A DNA stretch of 64,000 nucleotides, taken from NCBI GenBank assembly GCA_038883775.1, contig JAVZLM010000008.1, forward strand, positions 1 through 64,000, in the 5' to 3' direction. The notes beneath the pieces were generated by a model that did no database searches, was not told the origin of the DNA, and saw only the letters and a list, made by a program, of their open reading frames with translations. Positions 49,009-58,802 of the stretch are shown piece after piece. Each line of letters begins with the position of its first letter. Within the stretch, counting starts at the first letter, position 1. Position numbers and translations under genes: made by a program. The DNA comes from Candidatus Bathyarchaeia archaeon. Its GTDB lineage: Archaea; Thermoproteota; Bathyarchaeia; Bathyarchaeales; Bathycorpusculaceae.

Positions 49009-50459
49009 AGCTATACAAGAAAGAGGGCAACATAATCCAAATCTTAAGTTTCCCAAACGAAAACGTGGAGAAGGGCGATTACTTGCTTATTGAAGATGCT
49101 GATGCTGGAAAAGCCCTAATTGCACAGGTTATTGACGTGCAATTTGCGAATATTCCTGGAATCCTTGAAGAACTCTTGCGTGGCTTGCCAGACGGCGGAG
49201 AACTAATCCAAGGCGAAGACTTCGACCCATTAGAAATTGCGCCTCACATAACTTATATTCAAGACGCAAGCCTCCTCATCTGCAAAATAAGGGCTACAGT
49301 GGAGAATGAAGGTTTAAGCCCAAGCAGTTCATGGCTTCCTTCACGCTCGCAATCGGCAATAAAAAAACTGCCAATACCAATGCTGCTTAAACTGGCGAAA
49401 GTTGATGGAAAACTATCAATACAATTAGGCGCCACAAAAGATGCTTCACCCTTAACAATTGACGCCTCAGCCCTCGATGGAAGACTAAACATAATCACTG
49501 GAAAAAAGGAAACTGGTAAGTCGCATCTCTCAAAACTTTTAATTTCAAACCTTGTAGGATATAAAGCCACAGTTATCGTCTTCGACTTAAACGGCGAATA
49601 CCTAAGCCTCGGAATGACAGCAGACGGGAAAAGAAACGCCTATTACGATAAAATTCATGTTTTGACGCCGGCACAAAACTTTAAGGTAGCCCTAAAACAA
49701 CTAAACCTCCACGTATTACTAGACATTCTCATTCACGCACTTCACTTGCCTGGAACATCAGCCCGCGAGTTTAGACGCATATGGCAATCGCTGAAAGAAC
49801 GAGACATGCTAAACATGCATGAGTTGGGCGAGACTATACGAAATTGGCACTGCAATCAACATGTCAAAGACGCATTATTTTCACGCTATTATGCTTTGGT
49901 CAATTCTGGATTTTTCACAGACAACGTGGCAGAAGCAACCATACTAGAAGAATGCATATTTAAGGCGAAGGAACACGGCGGAGCAATAATAATAAACCTA
50001 AGAAACACTTCGATGATTGACCGCCAAATAGTCGTCGAATACTTATTGGGAAAACTTGTCGAACTCCTAACAAGCTGGAAATTGAAGGCTGTTTTCCTAT
50101 TCGCTGAAGAAGCGCATTTGTATTTGCGGGAAACGTATTGGGATGACATCGTAACGCGAATGCGCCACTTTGGCATATTTACAACTTTCATAACCAATCA
50201 GCCAGACACAATACGCGAAAACATTTACCGCCAAGCAGACAACATATTCCTCTTCAACTTCACAAACGAACACGACCTAGAAGTAGTTTCAAGGGCAGCC
50301 CGTGTGGATGCGGAAACAGTGAAATCCATAGCCAAAGACTTGCCGCCGCACTATTGCCTAGTTCTTGGAAAAGTTGTTAAGGATTTTCCAATGGTTGTGA
50401 AGGTCAAGGCTTTAGACATAAAAACAATGGGAGAAACCCGCCTATTCTTCAAAAATTAA
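49005..50459 (+). CDS. herA: HerA/FtsK-like ATPase (DUF87)
   Basis: Walker A GKKETGKS, FDLNGEY, Walker B FAEEAH, RMRHFG, TNQP; ATGA overlap with nurA. Confidence 0.85.
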   Translation: MKLYKKEGNIIQILSFPNENVEKGDYLLIEDADAGKALIAQVIDVQFANIPGILEELLRGLPDGGELIQGEDFDPLEIAPHITYIQDASLLICKIRATVENEGLSPSSSWLPSRSQSAIKKLPIPMLLKLAKVDGKLSIQLGATKDASPLTIDASALDGRLNIITGKKETGKSHLSKLLISNLVGYKATVIVFDLNGEYLSLGMTADGKRNAYYDKIHVLTPAQNFKVALKQLNLHVLLDILIHALHLPGTSAREFRRIWQSLKERDMLNMHELGETIRNWHCNQHVKDALFSRYYALVNSGFFTDNVAEATILEECIFKAKEHGGAIIINLRNTSMIDRQIVVEYLLGKLVELLTSWKLKAVFLFAEEAHLYLRETYWDDIVTRMRHFGIFTTFITNQPDTIRENIYRQADNIFLFNFTNEHDLEVVSRAARVDAETVKSIAKDLPPHYCLVLGKVVKDFPMVVKVKALDIKTMGETRLFFKN

Positions 50460-50503
50460 AATCTTCAAGGACAAACAAGGTATAGAATTTTTTGATTTAA
50501 AAA

Positions 50504-51400
50504 TTAAATTCTTGATGCTGCTATTCCTAATGCTGAGGCAAACAAAGATGCTGTAGTTACTGCTAATACATACATACCCGCATTCATATTATAGACAACA
50601 AATTGAAAGACCACAGTAACTGATGAGATGAAGGAAATTAAATAGAATATAGAAGTTATCCATACGAACTTCAAGGTGAGAATTTTCTCTCCCAAAAATG
50701 CTATAATTGGGCAATAGAAATAAAGAATGGTTTGAGATACACAGAGGATGTACAACAGAACCGCTATGCTCTCCAGACACTCTGTTCTCCCAAATACTTG
50801 TGCAATCAAAAATGATGACAATACTTGTGGAATCATTTGAATATGCACCAAAACCGATGTGGTAAGGGAAAACGATGGCTTTTTTGTGTGTAGAAGCTCT
50901 GATACTATGTGATCTAAATAACTCATCCAACAATAACTAAAAATGAAAGATACTGTTGATAATAAAGGGATCATAATATAAAAAATGATATGCTTACGTC
51001 GGGAGCAAAACGAAAAATAAAAATTATATCCCAATTTTCAACTTGTCTAAAGATTGGGTAAGTTACATAAGATATTGTTAGACTAATAATGCCAGAGACT
51101 ATAAATATCAGGATAATTGCCTTTTTCCTCTTATAAGACTGAATTATATCGTAGGAAATAGCTAATACTATCAAAAGGAAAACTAGATATGGTACAACAT
51201 TTTCCAGAAAAATATACCTTGTTATTGGTATCAGATTCAAAATATAGCCAATAATAAAGAAGACCATTAATATCGGAAGTCTCATTTGCTCGCTTTTCTT
51301 CTTTTACGTAATAGTGCGCCAAAAGCAAGATAATAATTAGAGTTACATACGACAGCATTGATTGAAACCGTTCAATAATAACCAATATTAAACCTTCCAT
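50504..51400 (-). pseudogene. Fragmented polytopic membrane protein (three overlapping hydrophobic ORFs)
   Basis: ORFs 51131-51400, 50971-51285 and 50504-51034 overlap in different frames; very AT-rich. Confidence 0.45.
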
Positions 51401-51560
51401 TCTTTGAAGAAATATGTTATCTTGTCGAATTTGAATATAACTTTCACTTATAACCCTATTTTCAGTTTAAAAGCAGACAAACATGACCTCCTTTGGAATT
51501 TCATTGTAGACTTTAATTTTTAACAATCCTTTTACAATCATTAACATGATGGAATCGGAA

Positions 51561-52031
51561 CTATTTTTGGAAATGCGAGTTAAGTTTCTCTAATTTTTTC
51601 TTGTTTCTTTGGATGAAGGCTCTGAAAGTTTTTGTTAAATCGTATTTTTCCACTTCGCATAATGGAACCCACCGTAATTCTTCAGCGTCGCTTGAGGCAT
51701 TTAGCTTTCCGCCTTTAAGCTTGACAAAATAGTCTATTATGACAAAATGATATTTTATTTCACCATTTTCATCTCTGACAACATTGTCAACAACATCTAT
51801 AAGCTCTGGTTCACAAACTTCCAAACCAGTTTCTTCTGCGACTTCCCTAACAACAGTTTGGCTAACACTTTCGCCAAGCTCCACCAAACCGCCGGGTATG
51901 CTCCATTTGCCACGTCCAGGTTCGCTCTTTCTTTTTTCAAGCAAAATTTTTCCATCTTTAATTATTACTGCGCCAACGCCTACAACGGGCTGTTTAGGAT
52001 AAAGCCTTTTGACCAAACCCCTAAACCTCAC
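51561..52031 (-). CDS. NUDIX hydrolase (ADP-ribose pyrophosphatase-like)
   Basis: WSIPGGLVELGE...REVAEETGL. Confidence 0.92.
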   Translation of the reverse strand: MRFRGLVKRLYPKQPVVGVGAVIIKDGKILLEKRKSEPGRGKWSIPGGLVELGESVSQTVVREVAEETGLEVCEPELIDVVDNVVRDENGEIKYHFVIIDYFVKLKGGKLNASSDAEELRWVPLCEVEKYDLTKTFRAFIQRNKKKLEKLNSHFQK

Positions 52032-52058
52032 TTGAGCTCATATCTTTAATTTTCTTGT

Positions 52059-53519
52059 TTATATTATTGGTTCAAAACGGCGCCAAAAAGTTTCAGATTC
52101 TTCGCCCACAACTGCTAAATCCTTATCCTTCTTAACAACCACGGCGAGTGCCACAGCAGCGACAAATAATGATGGAAGCCCAGAATATTGTGTAATATCC
52201 GAGAGGTTGACTGTCTGAGAAGATAGCTCAAAACTGTAGGTCAGGGGCTCGCTTTGCATCACGTATATTCTTCCAGAAATCCATTGGAGGCTCACTGCTC
52301 GTGTTGTTAGGTTTCCCACACCATATTTTAGAAAGCCTTCAACATCATATGTTCCTTTAAAGTAATCTATCGTTGTATTCACATAAACCACACTTGCCCA
52401 TTTTCCCACTTCAACTTTTACTGGTAGTTCCCGAGCCCAGTTGCTCAAATTTACCTCACTATCAGCGCTAAGAATGTTGTAAATTAGCCCAGCAGCGTAC
52501 AATCTATTCAGCAATATTCTTGTTTTATCTAAGGATATGCTGGCAATCTGTGATTCAATATCAGATAACTGAACGCCCAAGTAATCCATGTATGGTGTTC
52601 CTTCGCAAGTATACTGGACGGTTGCTGATTTAATGTTGCCCTGATTGGTTAACCCAACCGAAGCATAAGCAGCGCCAACCAACAATGAAGATAGGAGCAC
52701 TGCAACGATAGCTTTTGTAATTCTGCCTAGCCCCACAGTTTTTCGAGGTATAAATGTTAAGTATGGGGGTACGGCAATATTCAGCAGTAGTTTAAGTTGG
52801 CTTATTCTCTCTTTTTTGGCAAGCAATGGAAGCAATGCTATGCCTGCGATGAATCCTCCTGCATGGGCGAATACGGCTGTGCTTTCCGCTAACCGTGCAT
52901 ATCCATAAATTAGTTGGGTTGCGAACCAGAAGATTAGATAGTATGCCGCCTTCATTCTAAAAAACATGGGGAAAAGGAAGAAAAACCAGCCCATGACAAG
53001 AGATGTTCCAGGATAAAAGATTAGGTATGCGCCTAAGACTCCGCTTATGGCTCCAGAAGCGCCTATGGCTGGAATAATGTAGGCTGTGAATCCTCCTAGA
53101 AAACTGAAGGCTGTGTGAAATATGGACGCAACAATTCCAGAAATCAAATACAAGGCTAGATATTTTAATCCACTCAGAACATTTTCAACGGCTCTCCCGA
53201 AAAGGTATAGGAAGTACATGTTAAAGAGTATGTGGAAAAAGTCTGCATGAAGAAACATGGATGCAAATACTCTATACCACTGAGTTGGCATTGTAATTAG
53301 TGATGGAACGAAGCCGCCAGCGCTTACCCAGTAATCGCCTATTTCGAGGAAAACGTTAGCGTAGGATGTTATGGCGTATACTGCGATGTTAAGCGCTATG
53401 AGGATTAACGTAACTTTTGGTCTTTTATAGCGGGTTGCATCCCCCATGGGAATGCCGAGGCTTCGTTTCAGATTAACTGCCAAATCACTGTTACCTCTCT
53501 TATGGAATTGCATTTTCAC
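52059..53519 (-). CDS. Rhomboid intramembrane serine protease with long C-terminal extension
   Basis: SMFLH..FFHILFNM, GASGAISG, AHAGG. Confidence 0.9.
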   Translation of the reverse strand: MKMQFHKRGNSDLAVNLKRSLGIPMGDATRYKRPKVTLILIALNIAVYAITSYANVFLEIGDYWVSAGGFVPSLITMPTQWYRVFASMFLHADFFHILFNMYFLYLFGRAVENVLSGLKYLALYLISGIVASIFHTAFSFLGGFTAYIIPAIGASGAISGVLGAYLIFYPGTSLVMGWFFFLFPMFFRMKAAYYLIFWFATQLIYGYARLAESTAVFAHAGGFIAGIALLPLLAKKERISQLKLLLNIAVPPYLTFIPRKTVGLGRITKAIVAVLLSSLLVGAAYASVGLTNQGNIKSATVQYTCEGTPYMDYLGVQLSDIESQIASISLDKTRILLNRLYAAGLIYNILSADSEVNLSNWARELPVKVEVGKWASVVYVNTTIDYFKGTYDVEGFLKYGVGNLTTRAVSLQWISGRIYVMQSEPLTYSFELSSQTVNLSDITQYSGLPSLFVAAVALAVVVKKDKDLAVVGEESETFWRRFEPII

Positions 53520-54790
53520 TATTCATATCTTAAGGCTTCTACTGGTTTAAGCTTTGAAGCCCGCCAAGCCGGATAAAGCGCAAAAACTACGCTTACTATT
53601 ATTCCAAAAACTAGGGCTCCTAAGAAAACTGTCGGCGTCAAAACTGGATTTATAGATATTTGCATTGTTGCTGTGGTTGCTTGGTTTCCGCTTTGGATTC
53701 TTCCTCCAAAAATTCCAACTCTGGCAACTATGTTTGCTAATCCCCAACCTGAAGCTATTCCGATTGCGGAACCCAATAAGCCTATAATTATGGCTTCGCT
53801 TAAGAAAATCATTAACACAGTTTGGTTTTTCATGCCTAAAGCTTTAAGGATGCCAATTTCGCGGGTTCTCTCCATCAGGGAAACTATCATTATGTTCATT
53901 ATGCCCACTCCAGCAACCAAAAGCGATATTCCAGCAATGCCAGCCAAAAAGAAATCAACGTTTGAAAACACTGCGGAAATTATGTCAAGCACTGCGGTGG
54001 CAGAAGTAACAGAAACTTGATTATTAAATGCTGTTTTTATGGCTTCTGAAACGCTGTCAATTGTCGCTTTATAATCATCCTTTAACAAAACAATAATTGC
54101 ACTACACTCGTCTGTTTCAAAGAAGTTTTGGGCTTGAGAAATTGGAATGTAAATGCCAAGGTCCGAAGGTCCGCCGATATTGAAGCCTCCAATTTCTTTA
54201 AGAACCGCTGTTATTCGTCCAGTGTAAGTTTTGTTTTGAGGTGGGCTTGTGCCGCTTCGTTTTGTCCATGTTATCTCAATAGTGTCGCCAACATTAGCTA
54301 TTATTGTTCCATTTTGCCATGGGTCATGTATCCTTGCGCCTATCACAACCGAATCATTTTCTGAAACGATGCTTCCTTCCGCAGCAACAAAAGTGCTTTC
54401 GTAGATGATTTCATATTTTGCAAAATCTACGCCTATGATGTTAACTGTGAATGTTTTTCCACTTGCGTTTACGAAGCATATTTTCTGCATTATAGCCACT
54501 GCTGCGCTTACATTTTCGCCTATCTTTTCTATTGTTTGAGTGTCTGATACAAAAAGTGGAATACTTGCCTCTCCACCACCAAGTCCTCCCCTTGGCGAAA
54601 CGATGAGCGTTTTTGTTGCAAATCCCCTCTGAAGCTGCATTGTTATAGTGTCTTGTAAGCCTTGGCTGAAAGAGAGAAGCGCCACTATGGCTGCTATGCC
54701 AATTACCACGCCAAGCGTTGTCAAGGATGCGCGGAGTTTCCGCAGTTTTATTGCGCCAAAAGCATAAGACAAAACATCATTAACATTCAT
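53519..54790 (-). CDS. MacB/FtsX-type ABC permease
   Basis: LTTLGVVIG, ERTREIGILKALG, PAWRASKLKPVEALRYE. Confidence 0.93.
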   Translation of the reverse strand: MNVNDVLSYAFGAIKLRKLRASLTTLGVVIGIAAIVALLSFSQGLQDTITMQLQRGFATKTLIVSPRGGLGGGEASIPLFVSDTQTIEKIGENVSAAVAIMQKICFVNASGKTFTVNIIGVDFAKYEIIYESTFVAAEGSIVSENDSVVIGARIHDPWQNGTIIANVGDTIEITWTKRSGTSPPQNKTYTGRITAVLKEIGGFNIGGPSDLGIYIPISQAQNFFETDECSAIIVLLKDDYKATIDSVSEAIKTAFNNQVSVTSATAVLDIISAVFSNVDFFLAGIAGISLLVAGVGIMNIMIVSLMERTREIGILKALGMKNQTVLMIFLSEAIIIGLLGSAIGIASGWGLANIVARVGIFGGRIQSGNQATTATMQISINPVLTPTVFLGALVFGIIVSVVFALYPAWRASKLKPVEALRYE

Positions 54791-55473
54791 TAGTTCATCA
54801 CATCCTTAACTATTAAGCCATCAAGCATATGCACAGTTCTCTTCGCTTGCGAAGCTATACGCTGGTCATGCGTAACAATTATGGTTGTTATGCCCTTTTC
54901 CTCATTCAACCTTTTAACAAGCATTAATATTTCTCCAGCCGTTTTCGAATCTATGTTCCCAGTGGGTTCGTCCATTAAGAGAAATTTTGGATTGTTTACC
55001 AAGGCTCTGGCTATAGCTACACGCTGTTGTTCGCCTCCACTGAGTTCAGTAGGCTTGTGGTTCATTCTTTCCTTCAAACCAACAGTTTCGAGAAGCTCCT
55101 CAGCCCTTCTCCTTCTTTCAGCCTTGCCAAAACCGACAATAGCCATTGCCAATTCAACATTCTCTCTTGCGCTAAGCCTTGGAATTAAATTGAAAAATTG
55201 GAAAACAAAGCCTATTTTTCGCCTTAAATCTGCAAGTTGATTATCATTTAAGGTGGAAATGTCAACGCCTTCTATGAAGACTTTGCCCTCTGTGGGCTTG
55301 TCTAATGCGCCAATCATGTTAAGAAGCGTGGACTTACCGCTCCCAGAAGGGCCCAAAATGGCGAGGAAATCGCCTTCTTCCACTTTGAGGTTTACGCCTC
55401 TAAGGGCTTCAACTGGAACTTTGCCAAGCAAATAGGTTTTTCTTAAACTCAATGTTTCAACAATCGTCGCCAT
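54790..55473 (-). CDS. ABC ATPase (LolD/MacB-like)
   Basis: GPSGSGKS, LSGGEQQR, DEPTGN. Confidence 0.95.
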   Translation of the reverse strand: MATIVETLSLRKTYLLGKVPVEALRGVNLKVEEGDFLAILGPSGSGKSTLLNMIGALDKPTEGKVFIEGVDISTLNDNQLADLRRKIGFVFQFFNLIPRLSARENVELAMAIVGFGKAERRRRAEELLETVGLKERMNHKPTELSGGEQQRVAIARALVNNPKFLLMDEPTGNIDSKTAGEILMLVKRLNEEKGITTIIVTHDQRIASQAKRTVHMLDGLIVKDVMN

Positions 55474-55493
55474 GATTTTCTAACGTCTCCGTT

Positions 55494-56435
55494 TTACTTG
55501 GTTAGGTATCTCCAAGAGAGCACTATGCCGATTGTGGCTAAAACTGCAGCAAATATTGTTAGATAAGTGAAGTCCATTATTAGTGCTGATGTATCTAATG
55601 GAAGTATTGTTAACTGCCTAACCGCATCGGTTACATAAGATAGGGGATTAACACGGGCTATTGCTTGGATCCAATCCGGCATTAGAGAGATGGGAAAAAA
55701 GGTGTTGCTTGCAAACATTAACGGTATAGTGATTAAGCTTACAATTTGCATCGGCCTCTCCATTCTAGTTGACCGTAAAGAAAATGCAAGGAACACTGAT
55801 GAAAGTCCCACGCCGAGTAGGAAAATCGCAGCATAAACTCCAAAGATGTTAAGCAAAGTGAATGTTGAACTCAACTTTAACCCTAAAACGTATGCAAGTG
55901 CAAGAATTATCGTTGCTTGAAACATCGCCCTCAAGGTTGCATTAAGAACCTTTGAAAATATTATTGCTGCCCGCGATACTGGAGTGCTTAACACTTTATC
56001 CAAGAATCCTAAACGCCTATCCCAAACTATTGACATGCCACTGAACATGGTCGTAGTCATGACAATCATGGAAACCATTCCAACAGCCATATAGCTAAAG
56101 TAGTCTGCAACACCGAAAGTGTTCTGCATAATACTTGCCCCCATGTTGGCGAACATCTGCGAAAGCATTGTGCCGTTAAGAACAACATCACCGACTCCAG
56201 GCGGATAAAGAACAGCGCTGCTCGGAATAGGTATTTGCAAAGGCAAGTTTATGTTGTTAGCAGAGAACATGGCGTTTATGTTCATGGACTTGCCTAAAAG
56301 ACCCATCCATATTAATGGTTGAAGCACAAACATTATGAGCATAACTGGGTCTTTAAGCCACTTTTTAAGTTCCCGATAGGTTAAAGCCCACAAACCTCGA
56401 GTTAGGCTTGGATGGAATTCGTTTTTTCTGCTCAT
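55494..56435 (-). CDS. ABC-2 type permease
   Basis: DRRLGFL, FFP...MPDW...NPLSY. Confidence 0.92.
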   Translation of the reverse strand: MSRKNEFHPSLTRGLWALTYRELKKWLKDPVMLIMFVLQPLIWMGLLGKSMNINAMFSANNINLPLQIPIPSSAVLYPPGVGDVVLNGTMLSQMFANMGASIMQNTFGVADYFSYMAVGMVSMIVMTTTMFSGMSIVWDRRLGFLDKVLSTPVSRAAIIFSKVLNATLRAMFQATIILALAYVLGLKLSSTFTLLNIFGVYAAIFLLGVGLSSVFLAFSLRSTRMERPMQIVSLITIPLMFASNTFFPISLMPDWIQAIARVNPLSYVTDAVRQLTILPLDTSALIMDFTYLTIFAAVLATIGIVLSWRYLTK

Positions 56436-57436
56436 CTTGCTCTAGCCCTCCTAAGGGTTATTCTCTGCGTTCTAAAGGCTTCCTTTGATTCTTCCATGTC
56501 CCGCAATGCTCTGCCAGTATACTCCAAATAGACTTCGTTTAAAGTAGGCTCAGTAAGTGAAAGTCTTGTTACGGTGTAACCCTTTTTTCGCAGAGCCTCA
56601 ATTATTAGTGGAGCGGTTATTTCTCCAGATTCAGCCTTAATTCTGTATGCGCCGTTTTCGTTTTTTACTTCTTTAACGTGTTCTATGCTGCTGATGAGCT
56701 CACTTACATCTGCATTTTCCTTTATGCTTATGGTTATTATGTCGCCGCCTAGGCTTTCCTTAAGCTCGTGGGGTGATCCAGTTACAACTATTTTGCCGTG
56801 GTCTATTATGGCTATGCGGTCGCATAGGGCGTCCGCCTCCTCTAAATAATGTGTTGTCATAAAAAGCGTCATGCCATACTCCTTCTTCAAACGCCTAATA
56901 TAATCCCATGTTGCCGCTCTCGTTTGAACGTCCAAACCCAAAGTTGGCTCATCTAGGAAGAACACCCTTGGTCGATTAATTAATCCGCATGCAAGTTCAA
57001 GTCTTCGACGCATTCCGCCAGAATAGGTTTCAACCCTCTTATCTTTAAAATCTGTAAGTTCCACAAGCTCCAAAAGTTCAAGAGCACGTTTCTTTGAGAT
57101 TTCGCGGGGGATACCATACAAGTCTGCACACAAAATCACATTTTCAAAACCAGTCAAATCCTCATCTGCCGTGTACTCCTGAGGCACAACACCAATGACT
57201 TTTCTAACTTCACGCGCTTGCTTCACAATGTCATAGCCCAAGACAGACGCTGTGCCCTCTGTTGGCTTCAAAACAGTTATGAGCATGTTTATGGTTGTAG
57301 TTTTTCCAGCACCATTTGGACCCAAGAAACCGAAGATTTCGCCGTCTTTAACATTGAAATTTACATGGTCAACTGCTGTTAGGGTTTTGTTGAAAACTTT
57401 CGTTAACTCTTCAGCCTTAATTATGTCATCACTCAT
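56432..57436 (-). CDS. ABC ATPase (DrrA-like)
   Basis: GPNGAGKT, YSGGMRRR, DEPTLGLD. Confidence 0.95.
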   Translation of the reverse strand: MSDDIIKAEELTKVFNKTLTAVDHVNFNVKDGEIFGFLGPNGAGKTTTINMLITVLKPTEGTASVLGYDIVKQAREVRKVIGVVPQEYTADEDLTGFENVILCADLYGIPREISKKRALELLELVELTDFKDKRVETYSGGMRRRLELACGLINRPRVFFLDEPTLGLDVQTRAATWDYIRRLKKEYGMTLFMTTHYLEEADALCDRIAIIDHGKIVVTGSPHELKESLGGDIITISIKENADVSELISSIEHVKEVKNENGAYRIKAESGEITAPLIIEALRKKGYTVTRLSLTEPTLNEVYLEYTGRALRDMEESKEAFRTQRITLRRARAR

Positions 57437-58004
57437 TCCGATCAGCCTTCAGTTTCCTGTTTATTTCCTCAAGCTTATCAGCAGTCTCATTTAGAACCTT
57501 TACGGTCTCTTCAAAAACTTGCTCCGAAAACTTTTCTCCAACAGTAATTCCTAAACTGGCAAAAGCCTTAAGAAGCCTTCGAGAGGATTCTCGTAGCTCA
57601 TTAGCCTTTTCTGCTGGAAGCCCGCACCACATGACGCCGAAAAATGGCGGCGCCAAAAATTTAGCTTTGTCTCTTAGCTCGGCTCTAATCTTTCTTTGTT
57701 CTTCAAGAAGCTTTTTCCCCTTGTCAGTTAGCGTATAACGTTTTATTCCACTTTCCTCTGTTGGCACCTCTTTTACGTAGCCATTATCTTGCAACCATGC
57801 CAAAAGCGGATAGACAGAGCCTGGACTTGGTTTCCAAAGTTTGTTTGTCCTTTTTTCAATTTCGTTAATTATTTCCGAACCAGAAAGAGGCTTCTCATTT
57901 AGAAGCTCTAGCACTTGATAGCGAAGAAAACCTTTAGGAACCGCTGCCATATGCCTAATCCAATGCCTGAAGGGCGGTGGAGGTGGAGGGAAATTTTCAA
58001 ACAT
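57429..58004 (-). CDS. PadR family transcriptional regulator
   Basis: WKPSPGSVYPLL...YTLTDKG. Confidence 0.93.
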   Translation of the reverse strand: MFENFPPPPPPFRHWIRHMAAVPKGFLRYQVLELLNEKPLSGSEIINEIEKRTNKLWKPSPGSVYPLLAWLQDNGYVKEVPTEESGIKRYTLTDKGKKLLEEQRKIRAELRDKAKFLAPPFFGVMWCGLPAEKANELRESSRRLLKAFASLGITVGEKFSEQVFEETVKVLNETADKLEEINRKLKADRNE

Positions 58005-58005
58005 A

Positions 58006-58045
58006 ATATCACCATTGATATCAACATCGATATCAACACCGATAT
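58006..58045 (-). promoter_or_regulatory. Tandem 12-bp repeats between the TATA box and padR start (putative operator)
   Basis: ATATCACCATTG / ATATCAACATCG / ATATCAACACCG / ATAT; minus-strand CTTAAATA at 58043-58050. Confidence 0.6.
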
Positions 58046-58077
58046 TTAAGTATTACGCAGAAAAATGAAATAAACAT

Positions 58078-58752
58078 CTATTCAATCATAGTTCCAACAT
58101 GTTTGCCTTCAACAGCTAACAAAATATTGTCAGGTTTAAATCCATTAACAACCACAAGCTTAACCTTCATACGTTTAAGAATTTTTATGGCTTCTGGGTC
58201 GATTATTTGGTGGATTCCAGCCTTATGTTTATTTTCTGCAAAAATTTTTGGCAAATCTTTGAAACGTAAATGCTCAAGCTTAACGGCATCTGCATGTTTT
58301 TTAGGGTCTTTATCGTATACGCCTTCTTGGTCTGTGGCTTTAAAAAGTAAATCCGCCTTAAGCCTTTCAGCGAGTAAAGCGGCAACGGTGTCCGTAGTCA
58401 TGCCTGGTTTTAATCCGCCCATAATGGCGATTTTGCCTTCATACACACATTTTAATGCATCCTCGACAGTTAATGGCACATGCCCACAGCCTACTCTTCC
58501 AAGTTTTTTAACGAAAAGTTGGGCAAAAATTCGCGAAACAGAAATGGCGATTTCGTCTTGGGCTTTTTCGGCTAATCCTAAATTTTTTGCGATTTGAATG
58601 AATTCTCTTGCTAGGGCGCCGCCGCCAACAACAACAGCCACATCATGTCTCATCTTTTTTAGAGTTTTCAATAAATCTGCATATTCAGCAATTAAATTAT
58701 AGTTTATTGGTGAAGCAATAACTGAACCGCCTATGCGCAACACTATTCGCAT
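58078..58752 (-). CDS. pyrH: Uridylate kinase
   Basis: GGS, VVVGGG..AR, PGMTTD.VAA, GVYDKDPKK. Confidence 0.93.
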   Translation of the reverse strand: MRIVLRIGGSVIASPINYNLIAEYADLLKTLKKMRHDVAVVVGGGALAREFIQIAKNLGLAEKAQDEIAISVSRIFAQLFVKKLGRVGCGHVPLTVEDALKCVYEGKIAIMGGLKPGMTTDTVAALLAERLKADLLFKATDQEGVYDKDPKKHADAVKLEHLRFKDLPKIFAENKHKAGIHQIIDPEAIKILKRMKVKLVVVNGFKPDNILLAVEGKHVGTMIE

Positions 58753-58802
58753 TAAACCCGAACCTTCCAGAGCACTGTATGCAATTTTTAAGTTAAAACC
58801 TT

